Assembly (NCBI GenBank): GCA_021432655.1
Contig: MU271360.1
Location: 62,001-83,555 of the forward strand
DNA length: 21,555 nucleotides
Reading direction: 5' to 3'
From: Atractiella rhizophila
Taxonomy: Eukaryota
Positions 11,011 through 20,431 of this stretch are shown piece by piece (the stretch's first letter is position 1; each line of letters opens with the position of its first letter). Made by a program: the position numbers and the translations under genes. The notes under the pieces are model-generated. The model was not told the DNA's origin and made no database searches. It saw only the letters and a list, made by a program, of their open reading frames with translations.

Positions 11011-14000
11011 GGATAGTTCTCATGACATCGCAATGATTCTGGTAGAAAAAATGCGACACCTGCAAGTCAATTTCTTGGTAGAATGTGATTACAAAATACA
11101 CACCATTTTGTAATATCTCAAACACATTTATGTTATTGCTTAGCTAGCTAGCTTCAGGATGTGTGCGTCACTTGCTACTTCACTCTGAATACAAACCAGC
11201 TAAGAATTTAAGCTTGATTTTTGAAAAAGTTTAATGTGTGGGGTATGTCGAGTAACAGGGAAGAGTAACGGTGTACAACGCGGTAGTGGGTCGTGAACAT
11301 TTACATGGAAATGGCAAAGAAGATCTCTAATTTTCGCCGCGTGTGAATGTGTATTGCATTCTGACAGTTCCCAGCAGAAACTGGGCAAGGGATCCTCAAA
11401 ATATGAGGGAGGAGATCGGGATAGTAGGTGACAGCAAAGAAAAAGAAAGAAGATAAAAGCTGTCATTGAATTGAAAAGTAAAAACGAGTTGAAACGGAGA
11501 AAATAGGAAAAGAAATGGACAATTTGAGAAGCGGAGGACAAATGAAAAAGATGCACGAAAATTTCGACAGGTGAAAAAACTGCATTCACTAGCTGTCCAC
11601 TGCATGAGTCTATCAAGTCCAAACTTCCGTCTTCAAGGCGTCATTAAAGAGACGGAGCATGAGGTCATGACTTCCCATATCTGCGCTATACTTTATGGAG
11701 CCATTCGGACCACCTGACGCGTCGTAGGGATCTACCCAGGATTTGAGCGAATTCCCACCCCGGTAGCAGCTCAGAGCTCCCATCATTGCATCGAGGAGTG
11801 TTGTAAGAGACCGAGACTTAAGTCGCAGCTCTTGTGCACATTCACGGTCGCGTATGAGGAGTTTTTTCAGTCGCGCCGCCCTTTTTGGGTCGGGGTCGTC
11901 AAAGAATTCGAGCGTCATTTTGTTCTGATCGTCCGCCGTTGTAGGTGCATATTTGGCTGCTATCCAGTAAAGAACCCAGGCGAAGGACTCTAAGTCGTCC
12001 TGAAGTTCATGCTTGACCGCCACTGGATTCCCCATGTCTTCCAGGAGTCGTATAGACAAGAACTGGTACGTTCCCTGCCAGTCTGCTTAGATCTCCATTG
12101 CGAAGTGAGGTGGTGAACAACGAACCATCCTTTCGTTCATCCCAGGGTCCGTCATTGTTTCGGCCTTGGCTGACTCCCAATCAATGAGGAAACCGCCCTC
12201 GTCTGCATCTGCCGCATTCAATACGATATTCCCAGCAGAAATATCACGATGTAGAATGCCTGCCTTCTCAAAAGCTTCCTTGTGAGCTTCCGCTACGGTG
12301 AGCATCATCATCTGTCTCGATTGGACGGACTTACCCATCAACGCATCTCTAACAGCCACCACCAGTTCCCTCTCCGTTCTGAAATCCGCTAAAGATCTTC
12401 CCACGCGGTCCAGGACGAGTCGGGAATGACACAGAACTTTCTTCTTCTCCTCACCTGACCTACCTTTGTACTTAAAAGTCGCACGCTGAGAATCGCTTCC
12501 CTCCTTGACATCCCCATAGGCGACGACGTTGAGCAAGTTCGGAACACCAGCATTTTTCAATTTCTCATAAACTTTACCCTCGTCTTCGTACGCCTCGTCC
12601 CTCCACGAGTCCTTGAGAACGACAGCTCGGTCTGATTCCTCGTCATAGGCAACGAAGCACCTGGTGCCACGTCCGAGAGGAAAATGATGAGCCCTCGTGA
12701 ACTCACGGTGAAGCAAGAACGTCTTCTTTGCGACTTCAACGGAAAAGACAGAGTGGAGGGATTCACTGGGGACCTTCAAGATATCCTTGATCTGGAGAGA
12801 TTTGCCTTTTTTCGTGGCTAGGTCGACGGGAGTGAAGGATGTATCGAGGCCTCGTTCGTGTTCTTTTGCGTGCATGAATCGCCAAAGGAATTGTTGGAGA
12901 TGGTCTGTGTCCTCGAGCGAGAACGAAACCGAGACCTCTGCACAGGCTCGCGAGTGACGGATCAGACGGCAGGTTTCACCGTGAATGAAGAAGGAGAAGA
13001 CCCTGGTTCGAAACTGGCGGGCTTGAATGACCGTGTTGTACAGTGTGATTTGGCCGCGAATGAGCTTCCCCTCCAGACTGGACGTCTCGAATTTGGTAGC
13101 GTCATCGTTGAAAGCAACTCCAGTCATTCCCTTCGTCTTCTCCCCGTCTGTCGACTTATACTCCTTGAATTCTCCAAACAGCACGGCGCGCCTCATGTCA
13201 CAGATCTTTCGGTGTGAGTTGTTGCTGGTGGATTCTTCGTCATAATAGAGAGTTATGTCTGGTTTAACGGACTCCGCCCCGAAGATTCCGAGCGTGTCGT
13301 TGTCAGGATGGGTCGACGTATTGACGAGACTCCAACTACCCCTATGATCGCTCGCTTGCTTCAGCATGGGGCTGAGGGTAGCTATCTGTAGCGGCATGTC
13401 AGCACATTACTCTTGCTGACAGCATCAACAAAGGGTTCAGGGTGGGTGGCAAGTGGATGCTTGACATATCTCGTTCGATGACGAGTCGACCTAGGCGACA
13501 TAGCGCGAAGCCCGACAGGCGAAGGGGAAAAACTAACTTCTTTGGCACGTAAAACAATCACTCACTAATTGATCGTATTTCTGCGGCCCAGTTGCCTTTT
13601 CATCCAGTTTCACTTTCATACTCTCGTTGAACTCCTTTGGTGCCTTCGGTAAGTACGCGAGAAACTCCTAAATAGTCACCTTCACAAACCTCCCCTTCAT
13701 CTCCCGCTCTGCCTGCGCGTAACTCTTGTTTTCATCTGTCAATGTGAAATATCCTATTTCCCCTGAGCGGCTGCGGCTAGTTGGCGTGCCTGAAGCGTTA
13801 GAGGTTACCCTGGTAGGTAAGCTTTGTTGTTCGGGTGGCGTGGACGGCCTACGCGAGGTGTGAGATGTTGGACTGGGAGGCATCGCGAACGGATTGATGG
13901 CAGGTGGTGTGTCGAGATGGGCGAAGGAACAGGGTTAGGAGATGAGGAGACGGAGGATGAAAAAGAGAGGGAATGAAGGTAGAAGAAGCGGAAGCGCCTA

Positions 14001-14851
14001 TAGATGTTGACGAAAATGAATCTGTGCCTCTTCAAACCAATGTCTGACTCCAAATAAGTGCTATGCCGCTCCTGATGCTCAAGGGATAGATCTCAAGACA
14101 TCACAGTGATTCTGATAGAAAAGAAATGCGACATGTCTGAGCTTGGTAAAATGTCATTATAAAATACACACGTTGATATCTCATTGGGTTATCGCTTAGC
14201 TAACTGCACGACATGCGCGTCACTACTACTTCACTTTGAATACGAATTAGCTAAGAATTTAAGCTTGATTTGAAAGGTTGAATACATGGGGTACGTTGAC
14301 TAACAGGGTAGAGTAACAGTGTACAACTCAAGAGTGAGTCGTGAACATTCACAAGGGAGTGGCAAAGAGGATCTCTAGTGTTGCCCACGGCCCCACCAGA
14401 AACTAGGCCGAGGATCAAAATAGGAGGCAGGAGATCGGGATTGTAGGTACCCCCATAAAACAACAAATAAGAGAAAAGCTATCAATGGAATTGAAAATCA
14501 AAAATGAGTTGAACGGATAAAATGGGAAGAGAAATGGAAATCTTGAGAAGCATAAACCAACTGAAAAAAGGTGCACAAAAAGTTTCTACAACGTGAAAAC
14601 TGCATTCGCTAGCTGCACATTGCATGAGTCCATCAAGTCCAAACTTCCCTCTTCAACGCGTCGCTAAAAGAGACGGAGCATGAGGTCATGACTTCCCATA
14701 TCTGCGCTATGCTTTATGGAGCCATTAGGACCACCTGACTCGTCATAGGGATCTACCCAGAATTTGAGCGAATTGGTACTCAGGTAGCAGCTCAGAGCTC
14801 CCATCACTGCATCGAGGAGTGTCGTGAGAGGCCGAGATTTAAGTCGCAGCC
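11011..14851. repeat. Diverged direct duplication of about 0.8 kb: about 11011-11831 versus about 14084-14851 (kinase 3' exon plus about 600 bp of downstream flank)
   Basis: Shared blocks such as cagctaagaatttaagcttgattt/tagctaagaatttaagcttgattt, gtcgtgaacatt, ggagatcggga, aactgcattc, tgcatgagtc and tcaagtccaaacttcc; coding part about 90% identical by eye, flank lower with indels. Confidence 0.9.
11613..13883 (-). pseudogene. Fungal-type protein kinase (FunK1 / Pkinase_fungal family), kinase domain intact but in-frame TAG at 13668-13670 in exon 1
   Basis: KPDITLY, FGEFK, RGQITLY, QFRTRVFSFFI, GRGTRCFVAYD, VVLKDSWR, HSRLVL, ILHRDISAGNIVL, FLIDWE, ERM|GTYQFLSIRLL, HELQDDLESFAWVLYW; introns about 13565-13386, 12334-12287 and 12125-12075; exon 1 reads EMKGRFVKVTI*EFLAYLP...KYDQL. 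Confidence 0.8.
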
Positions 14852-14859
14852 TCTGTCCA
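14633..14859 (-). pseudogene. 3' fragment of a second FunK1 kinase copy, with a +1 frameshift; runs into an N gap
   Basis: LRLKSRPLTTLLDAVMGALSCYLSTNSLKFWVDPYDESGGPNGSIKHSADMGSHDLMLRLF aligns to copy 1; an extra T (CTC TTT T AGC) gives TAG at 14664-14666. Confidence 0.8.
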
Positions 14860-14884
14860 NNNNNNNNNNNNNNNNNNNNNNNNN
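14860..14884. other. Assembly gap (25 N)
   Basis: Run of N; kinase homology does not resume beyond it. Confidence 1.
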
Positions 14885-15275
14885 TCATTTCAGGACAGAG
14901 CGCAAGAGATTCGCATAGCACCTGGTGAAAAGCTGTAAGCAGGTCTACTGTCAGGGTTGTTGACCTGGAAGATGCGGTTTTCTGCAAGCATTCATCAGCA
15001 GCTTCGATCTCAATGTTTCTAGCTGATGCTGCACTAGAAATGGCTGCTGGAGAAGGCCATCGGGCATCGCGTACCAGATGAATGTGGTTTACGAGCATAT
15101 GCCTTGGAATGTCTTCCATTCCCTGCCCAATTCTGAGCCAGCGCTTGCCCACGCCAGCTTGAGGATCGAAACGGAAGGGAGAACGACTCAAATGACTGTC
15201 TCTCTTTGCGATTTCATCATAGTACAACACCATGCGTCCAATCAATCAGTCATCATTGAATCCACCTCAGCTTAA
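14885..15275 (+). CDS. Possible 3' end of an unidentified gene
   Basis: A GTAAGC...CTGAT...TAG intron (14935-15037) joins SFQDRAQEIRIAPGEKL in frame to NGCWRRPSGIAYQMNVVYEHMPWNVF...IIESTSA*; no family recognised; an open frame also exists on the minus strand. Confidence 0.25.
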
Positions 15276-15419
15276 CGTAGTTCCTCGTTCCTGCACCGTT
15301 GTCTGACCTCAGCCGTCCCTGGTGGTGATGCTTGCGGTAGGTTGCTCGGGTAAAGCCGAAAACGCGACGTGTCGCGTTGTTCATCACGACGCAGCTGCAA
15401 CTCGCCCAAACTGACCAAA

Positions 15420-16589
15420 ATGATGCGCCAACTGCTCTCCTTCCTGCTCTTCCTGCTCTTACATACCCTCTACGCGTTCTCCCGCCTAATCTCTTACCTC
15501 TCCCACCTCCTGTTTTCCTCCGACCCCAACCAACATTTTTCATTAGACACAGTCGACGTTGGGACGTGGCTGAAGGCGGAGAAGAGGTTGAGACACCTCG
15601 CTATTTCCCTCGATACTGCTCCTAGTTATAGAAATGGGAGGGTAAAGGAGAGGGAAAGGGAAAGGGCAGTTAGGACGGCTTGCAGAGCTGTTGAGTGGGC
15701 TATAGAGATCGGAGTGGAGAGCTTAGCTCTTTTCGATCCGTCAGGTACGCTTCCTTCCTCAACGTGTCTGCGGTATGAGTTATGGGGGTTTCATTGAGTT
15801 GAAGACACTGGCTAATCGGTGCTCTGTGGCGACAGGTGTTTTCGAGCACTATGCTGAGCAAATAGCAGCAGCGGTTCCCGCAGCCAGACTCGTCACAACT
15901 GCAGAAAGGAAAGAGAAGGAGAAGGAAGAAGAGGCGCCGTACACCACTCTGCAAATCGACCATCCAACCTTCCTCTCCCTCTCCGAACCCCGACGACGGA
16001 CTCCTCGTTCTGTATCCCTCTCCAAATCCACCTCCACCTCCACAACCCATTCCTCCTCCTCCTCCTCCTCCGATTCCACAGCTCCTTCTTCCCTCCCATC
16101 CGCCTCGTCCTCTCCAACACCCCTCCTCACCATACACCTCCTTTCTCCCCGAGCCTCAAAACCATACCTAGCTCAAATCACACGGTCCCTCCTCTCTCGC
16201 TCCCCTCCTCTAGATTGGAGTGACATAGACATTCGAACCATTGATGCGGAGTGGAAGCTTCCCGAACCGGACTTGTTGGTCGTCTTGGGAGGCGAGAGTT
16301 GTACACTGAGAGGCTTCCCAGCGTGGGGATTGAGGTTGTCTGAAATCTTGTAAGCCTTCCTTCCTCAACCTTGCCTACGTTCCCATCTCCATCCGTATGC
16401 CATCCTGTGTTTTGTGTTTTCCTCGCAGACCCGGTCTAAAAGCGAGATGGATGATGCTGATGACTACCTTGTGTGTTGATGGGGATGGGATGGAATAGCC
16501 ATTCGAAACGACAGCAGGAGTTGGATGTGACGACGGTGAAGGAAGCTATGGCTGGATTCTTACGTTCAGAGCAGAGAGTGGGGAAGTAA
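15420..16589 (+). CDS. NUS1: NUS1 / Nogo-B receptor-like subunit of dehydrodolichyl diphosphate synthase; exons 15420-15744, 15836-16349, 16499-16589
   Basis: N-terminal hydrophobic segment, RHLAISL, AVEWAIEIGVESLALFDPSG, LTIHLLS..ASK, LPEPDLLVVLG, TLRGFPAWGLRLSEIF, C-terminal EQRVGK* (RxG motif). Confidence 0.88.
16051..16071 (+). repeat. (TCC)7 microsatellite encoding poly-Ser in the NUS1 low-complexity linker
   Basis: tcctcctcctcctcctcctcc within a Ser/Thr/Pro-rich stretch. Confidence 0.85.
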
Positions 16590-17113
16590 ATCTTTCCTAT
16601 CATTCAGCCTGTGGTGTGGCAGGGCCCCTGGGTAGAAGCAGGACATGCTCAGCAGCGACTCTACTAGTAATGGACATCATCATTTTGAACTAATAGATTT
16701 AGGAATGTTTCCCTGTAATTACAATGCATTCTGAGGCCGTCAACGAAAACTCCATTGAATACAGATGACTTGAGCTTTTGGAGAAAGGAAGATCATCTAG
16801 GGTAGAGTGTTGTGCTGTTACCTTTACCGAAGAAGCAACGATTGGAATTTGGAATGGGCAACAGCTTGACTTGAGGCGGGAAGTCGGAGCTTTTGATTTG
16901 TCGCTCTAAAACGTCGAGCGTCCTCGAAAACTCCTCTCCTCTCACTGTCATCTCAGCTGGTCAGCTTCTTTGGCCTAGCATTGACCGTATTGACCCCCCC
17001 AGCTAGATCTTGAGTTGTGACCGTCGCTTCAAGGTACGTTCCGTGTACGCGGCGAACGACTTCTTTGTCCTCCAGAGAGCTTCAGCGTTGAACTCAGCAC
17101 ATAGTAGTACGGC

Positions 17114-18199
17114 ATGGCACCCTCTGGCTTCTCTTCCAGGCCAAATGTAATGTTCTATGTATCCCGATCATTCTCACGACTGAGTGCTGCTGCATTGTGG
17201 CAGGGCAATATCATCATCCTCTTCGATGTGGACGAAACCCTCACGAAAGCCAGGCGGCTGGTAAAACCTGAGATGTTACAAGCATTAAAAGATTTGAGGC
17301 AGAAGTATGTCATCGGCTTCGTGGGAGGGAGTAATTTGGTAAAGCAGAAAGAGCAGTTGGGAGATAACGGTGCGTTCTCCTTGTAGTGCATAAAGGGAAC
17401 AGGATAGGATTTGATTGTAGCCGATAAACGTTTTGTGTAGTCCTTGAGTTGTTCGATTACTGCTTTGCGGAAAATGGACTCGTTGCCTACAAGCTGGGAG
17501 AAGAATTAGCTTCCCAATCCTTCATCAAATGGTTGGGAGAAGAGAAGTATGCAAAGATGGCGAGATTCATCCTTCGTTGGCTATCGGAGCGCACGGACAT
17601 CCCAATTGTGCGGTGCGCCAATCCTTCACCCTACTTTCGTCATTGGTATTGATGGAGAGATATGGGAGCAGAGGAACTTTCATTGAGTTCCGAAACGGGA
17701 TGATCAACGTCTCTCCCATTGGCAGGAACGCGAGTAACGAGGAGCGAGCGGCGTTCGAACAGTTCGATCTGGTCTGTTCCTTTCCTGACACCGTTGGGAC
17801 GAACTGATGGTGGTGCTCGGGATGGATGGTTATATAGAAAGCAGGAGTGAGAAAAGCTTTGATCGCAGCTCTGCAGAAAGAGTTTCCCGACTATGGCTTA
17901 ACATATGCGATTGGCGGGCAAATCAGCTTTGATGTCTTCCCTACTGGTTCGTCTTCACACGCCCACCTACTTCCCCACTGCTCTTCCGTTGCTCATTCTG
18001 GAAATACGTTATAGGATGGGATAAGACTTATTGCCTCAGGCACCTTGAAAAGGAAAATTTCAAGGAGATCCATTTCTTTGGTGATAAGACCTTCAAAGGT
18101 GGGAACGACTACGAGATCTACGAAGACGAAAGGACGATTGGACACGCCGTCTTGAACCCAGACGACACCTTAGCACAACTGAAGAAGGATTGGCTTTGA
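17114..18199 (+). CDS. Phosphomannomutase paralog, copy B, with non-canonical core motifs; 6 exons, 254 aa
   Basis: [29 protein letters not shown]...[15 protein letters not shown]...[10 protein letters not shown]...[24 protein letters not shown]...[22 protein letters not shown]...[18 protein letters not shown]...TIGHAV; same five intron positions as copy A; no stop or frameshift; TGA at 18197-18199. Confidence 0.93.
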
Positions 18200-18448
18200 T
18201 GAGAGTCTTTTTTTCTGGAGTGCCTTTCACATTGTTTTGTCCTCACTTAAGTTGAAATTCATGCTTGGATTCCCGATTGTGGAAATCGTGATATGTCAAG
18301 GATCAGGACGGGCTGATAGGTTCACTCCAAAGAATATCCTTGCAAGCATCTATCTTCGCAAGGGTCCAACGCGCGCGTAGGAAATGACCGCCTTGCGGTC
18401 CTATTGATACTCAGAGTCTCTCCGATTCCCAAAACTGTATTCCTTCGA

Positions 18449-19396
18449 TTATGCGAATCCCCAGTACTACAGTTTAGGCCGTCAGTCATCAATCTTAAGA
18501 TCCTTTCGATCCAGGACGACATACCTTGGCTGCGTACTTGACGGTCTTCAACTCTCCTTCGGTAGTGCAGGAGCTAGGCGGCTGCCCCAGAGCAGTATCG
18601 ACGCGGAAGACGGTCTTAGCGAGCTATAATCACAATGGCAAACCAATTACTTCAACAATTCTAGATTTGAAGAAGATTGACAAACTCACGTTTCCAGAGA
18701 CACCATTCAGTTGGAGGAAAGCAACATCTTCCACATCTTTTGCGGCCACTGATCCCTTCTTCTGAGCAGTTACGAACGCATCCGCCTTCCTTTGGCTCTT
18801 CGTGAAGTCGAATTGAGGGGCAATGGCGCCAGATGGGTCAGGGTAATTGACGAAGTAATGAGTGCCCTTCACCAGGCATCTCCGTCAGGTTCCGTTCTTG
18901 AACGCATGAGGAAATGGCTCACGAGAACCAGAGTGGACTTGATGGACCCAATGATGCCAGAGACCCTGGAGACATCCGAAGTGGAAAATCCGGGGACTGA
19001 TGGGGGAGCTCGTCGGTGTTTCCTGCCTGGAGAAGGAAGGGGAAGCTTGACAGCTAGATCCTGGACGTAGGGAAAGATGGGCGTGTTGTACAAGCAGCTG
19101 ATGTCGAAGAGTGTGGCTACAGCGCCGGCAGAAACGTAGGCGCCGTTGGTGCAGGTGTAGTTCCTACCCACAAGACAAAATAGTCACAGACTGAAGGGAG
19201 ACAAGAATTAGACCACGTACTGCGTTCCAACTCCAAGGCCGATAAATACTGGTGCTTGTCCAGTAGGAAGAACAAGCTGAGTCTGATTCTTCGGCAGGGT
19301 AAGGACAGCCTTCGAGACCGGGCAAGCTGCTGTGCTGGCGAAGGAAAGGGAGAAGAGGGAAGAAGCGAGAAGGGCCAGACTGAAAACGAATTGCAT
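18449..19396 (-). CDS. Secreted DUF3455-family protein (often annotated as putative malate dehydrogenase), 5 exons
   Basis: Signal peptide MQFVFSLALLASSLFSLSFA; IGLGVGTQ|NYTC, GAVATLFDISCL, VLGTHYF, PQFDF, DVAFLQL, VFRVDTALGQPPSSC, VKYAAK|YWGFA*. Confidence 0.85.
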
Positions 19397-20431
19397 CTTG
19401 TGCTTATCAAATCAAAATTCAAGAGAACAGGGAGCGATAGAGTAAAGGCTTTGCTTGCAAAGGATAACAACTTGCGTAAAAGATTGAACGTAAGTGTGGT
19501 GTGGTTGAAAGAAGGCGCGAAAAGAAGGACTGATTCGATGGAGCGTTCGAAGAAGTTGGCTTGCCAAAAGATGAGAACTTGAAGAGCAGCCATGTTCAAG
19601 AACTCCTGCTTTTAAGTGCAAACCGGAATCTTTCGTCTCGTCCGTCTGTCCGCAAGTCCTGTGCTGATCGGTTTCATATTAACGCCCACTCTTGTCCTCA
19701 AATTTCCATCTGCTTTACATTCAAGCACAACAGAGACGAAGGTTAGCGCACTAGCAAGGTCGTTGAAGATTCGAACGTTCGACTTCCGACCTTTTGCCGC
19801 CTCTCATTTTCCGAGGAGACGCCAACATACACCAAGCACGCATACTTATGTTTGTATCTGGTCTGAGGAAAATGGAAATTTCGAATCACAATGAAAGCTC
19901 GGCTTCCTCCAGTTTCCTTCAAGTAATTCAAGGAACCAGCCAGAACAGGTCAAAATGAAGCGTCATTAAGGTCGGTACCGGAGCTCGGTTGTCTGAGGAA
20001 GAGGATTGAAAGCTTCCCTTGAGTCCAATGTTCTTTCCAGCCGACAGGTTCTGTAACTGGTCCGGAAAATCAAAATACTGTTATCAAAGCATCATCGGAG
20101 CTATGTAACAGCGGATCTCAACGGATGGGAGTTGCAAGCCGAGCGTTGCAACGCAGGGGGAAGGGGAAGTGACGACAGTCAAGAAGGCGACTTGTCATAG
20201 TCTTCTGCCGAAGTCCCTCCACCATCACGTATGTTGGACCAAGAACACCAGTCCTGGCATGTCGTGGGGGGATACATCACGGATAAGCAAGAGTCTCAGG
20301 AAGTTGAAAGTGCTTGTTCGTTAGTTGTCGGTTTCGGTTGAGTTGAGTTTGAAAGGACGAAACACTAAGCTCACGGACTTTAGTTCAGCCTCTGATCCAA
20401 CGCTACATTGTGACAAAGAGCGAATATTGAC

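Noticed and set aside
11011..11612. Duplicated AT-rich flank as a transposon, LTR or coding sequence
   Set aside because: No terminal repeats, target-site duplication or transposase/RT motif seen; ORFs are not preserved between the copies; explained as co-duplicated 3' flank
14664..15245. 193-aa ORF suggesting a kinase fusion protein
   Set aside because: It reads through a 25-N gap of uncertain true size, so the join is not supported
15253..16137. Gly/Arg- and Glu-rich minus-strand ORFs
   Set aside because: Antisense shadows of the low-complexity NUS1 coding sequence
2143..18199. The two PMM genes as haplotype copies
   Set aside because: About 20% protein divergence, unalignable internal introns and different flanking genes; the likely allelic pair in eIF3k differs by only about 3% with silent changes
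18449..19396. Malate dehydrogenase
   Set aside because: No Rossmann GxxGxxG or MDH motifs; it has a signal peptide and DUF3455 motifs
19400..20430. Hidden ncRNA or small gene in the 1-kb divergent intergenic region
   Set aside because: No tRNA cloverleaf, snoRNA box arrangement or credible spliced ORF found by eye; a covariance-model search would be needed to exclude one
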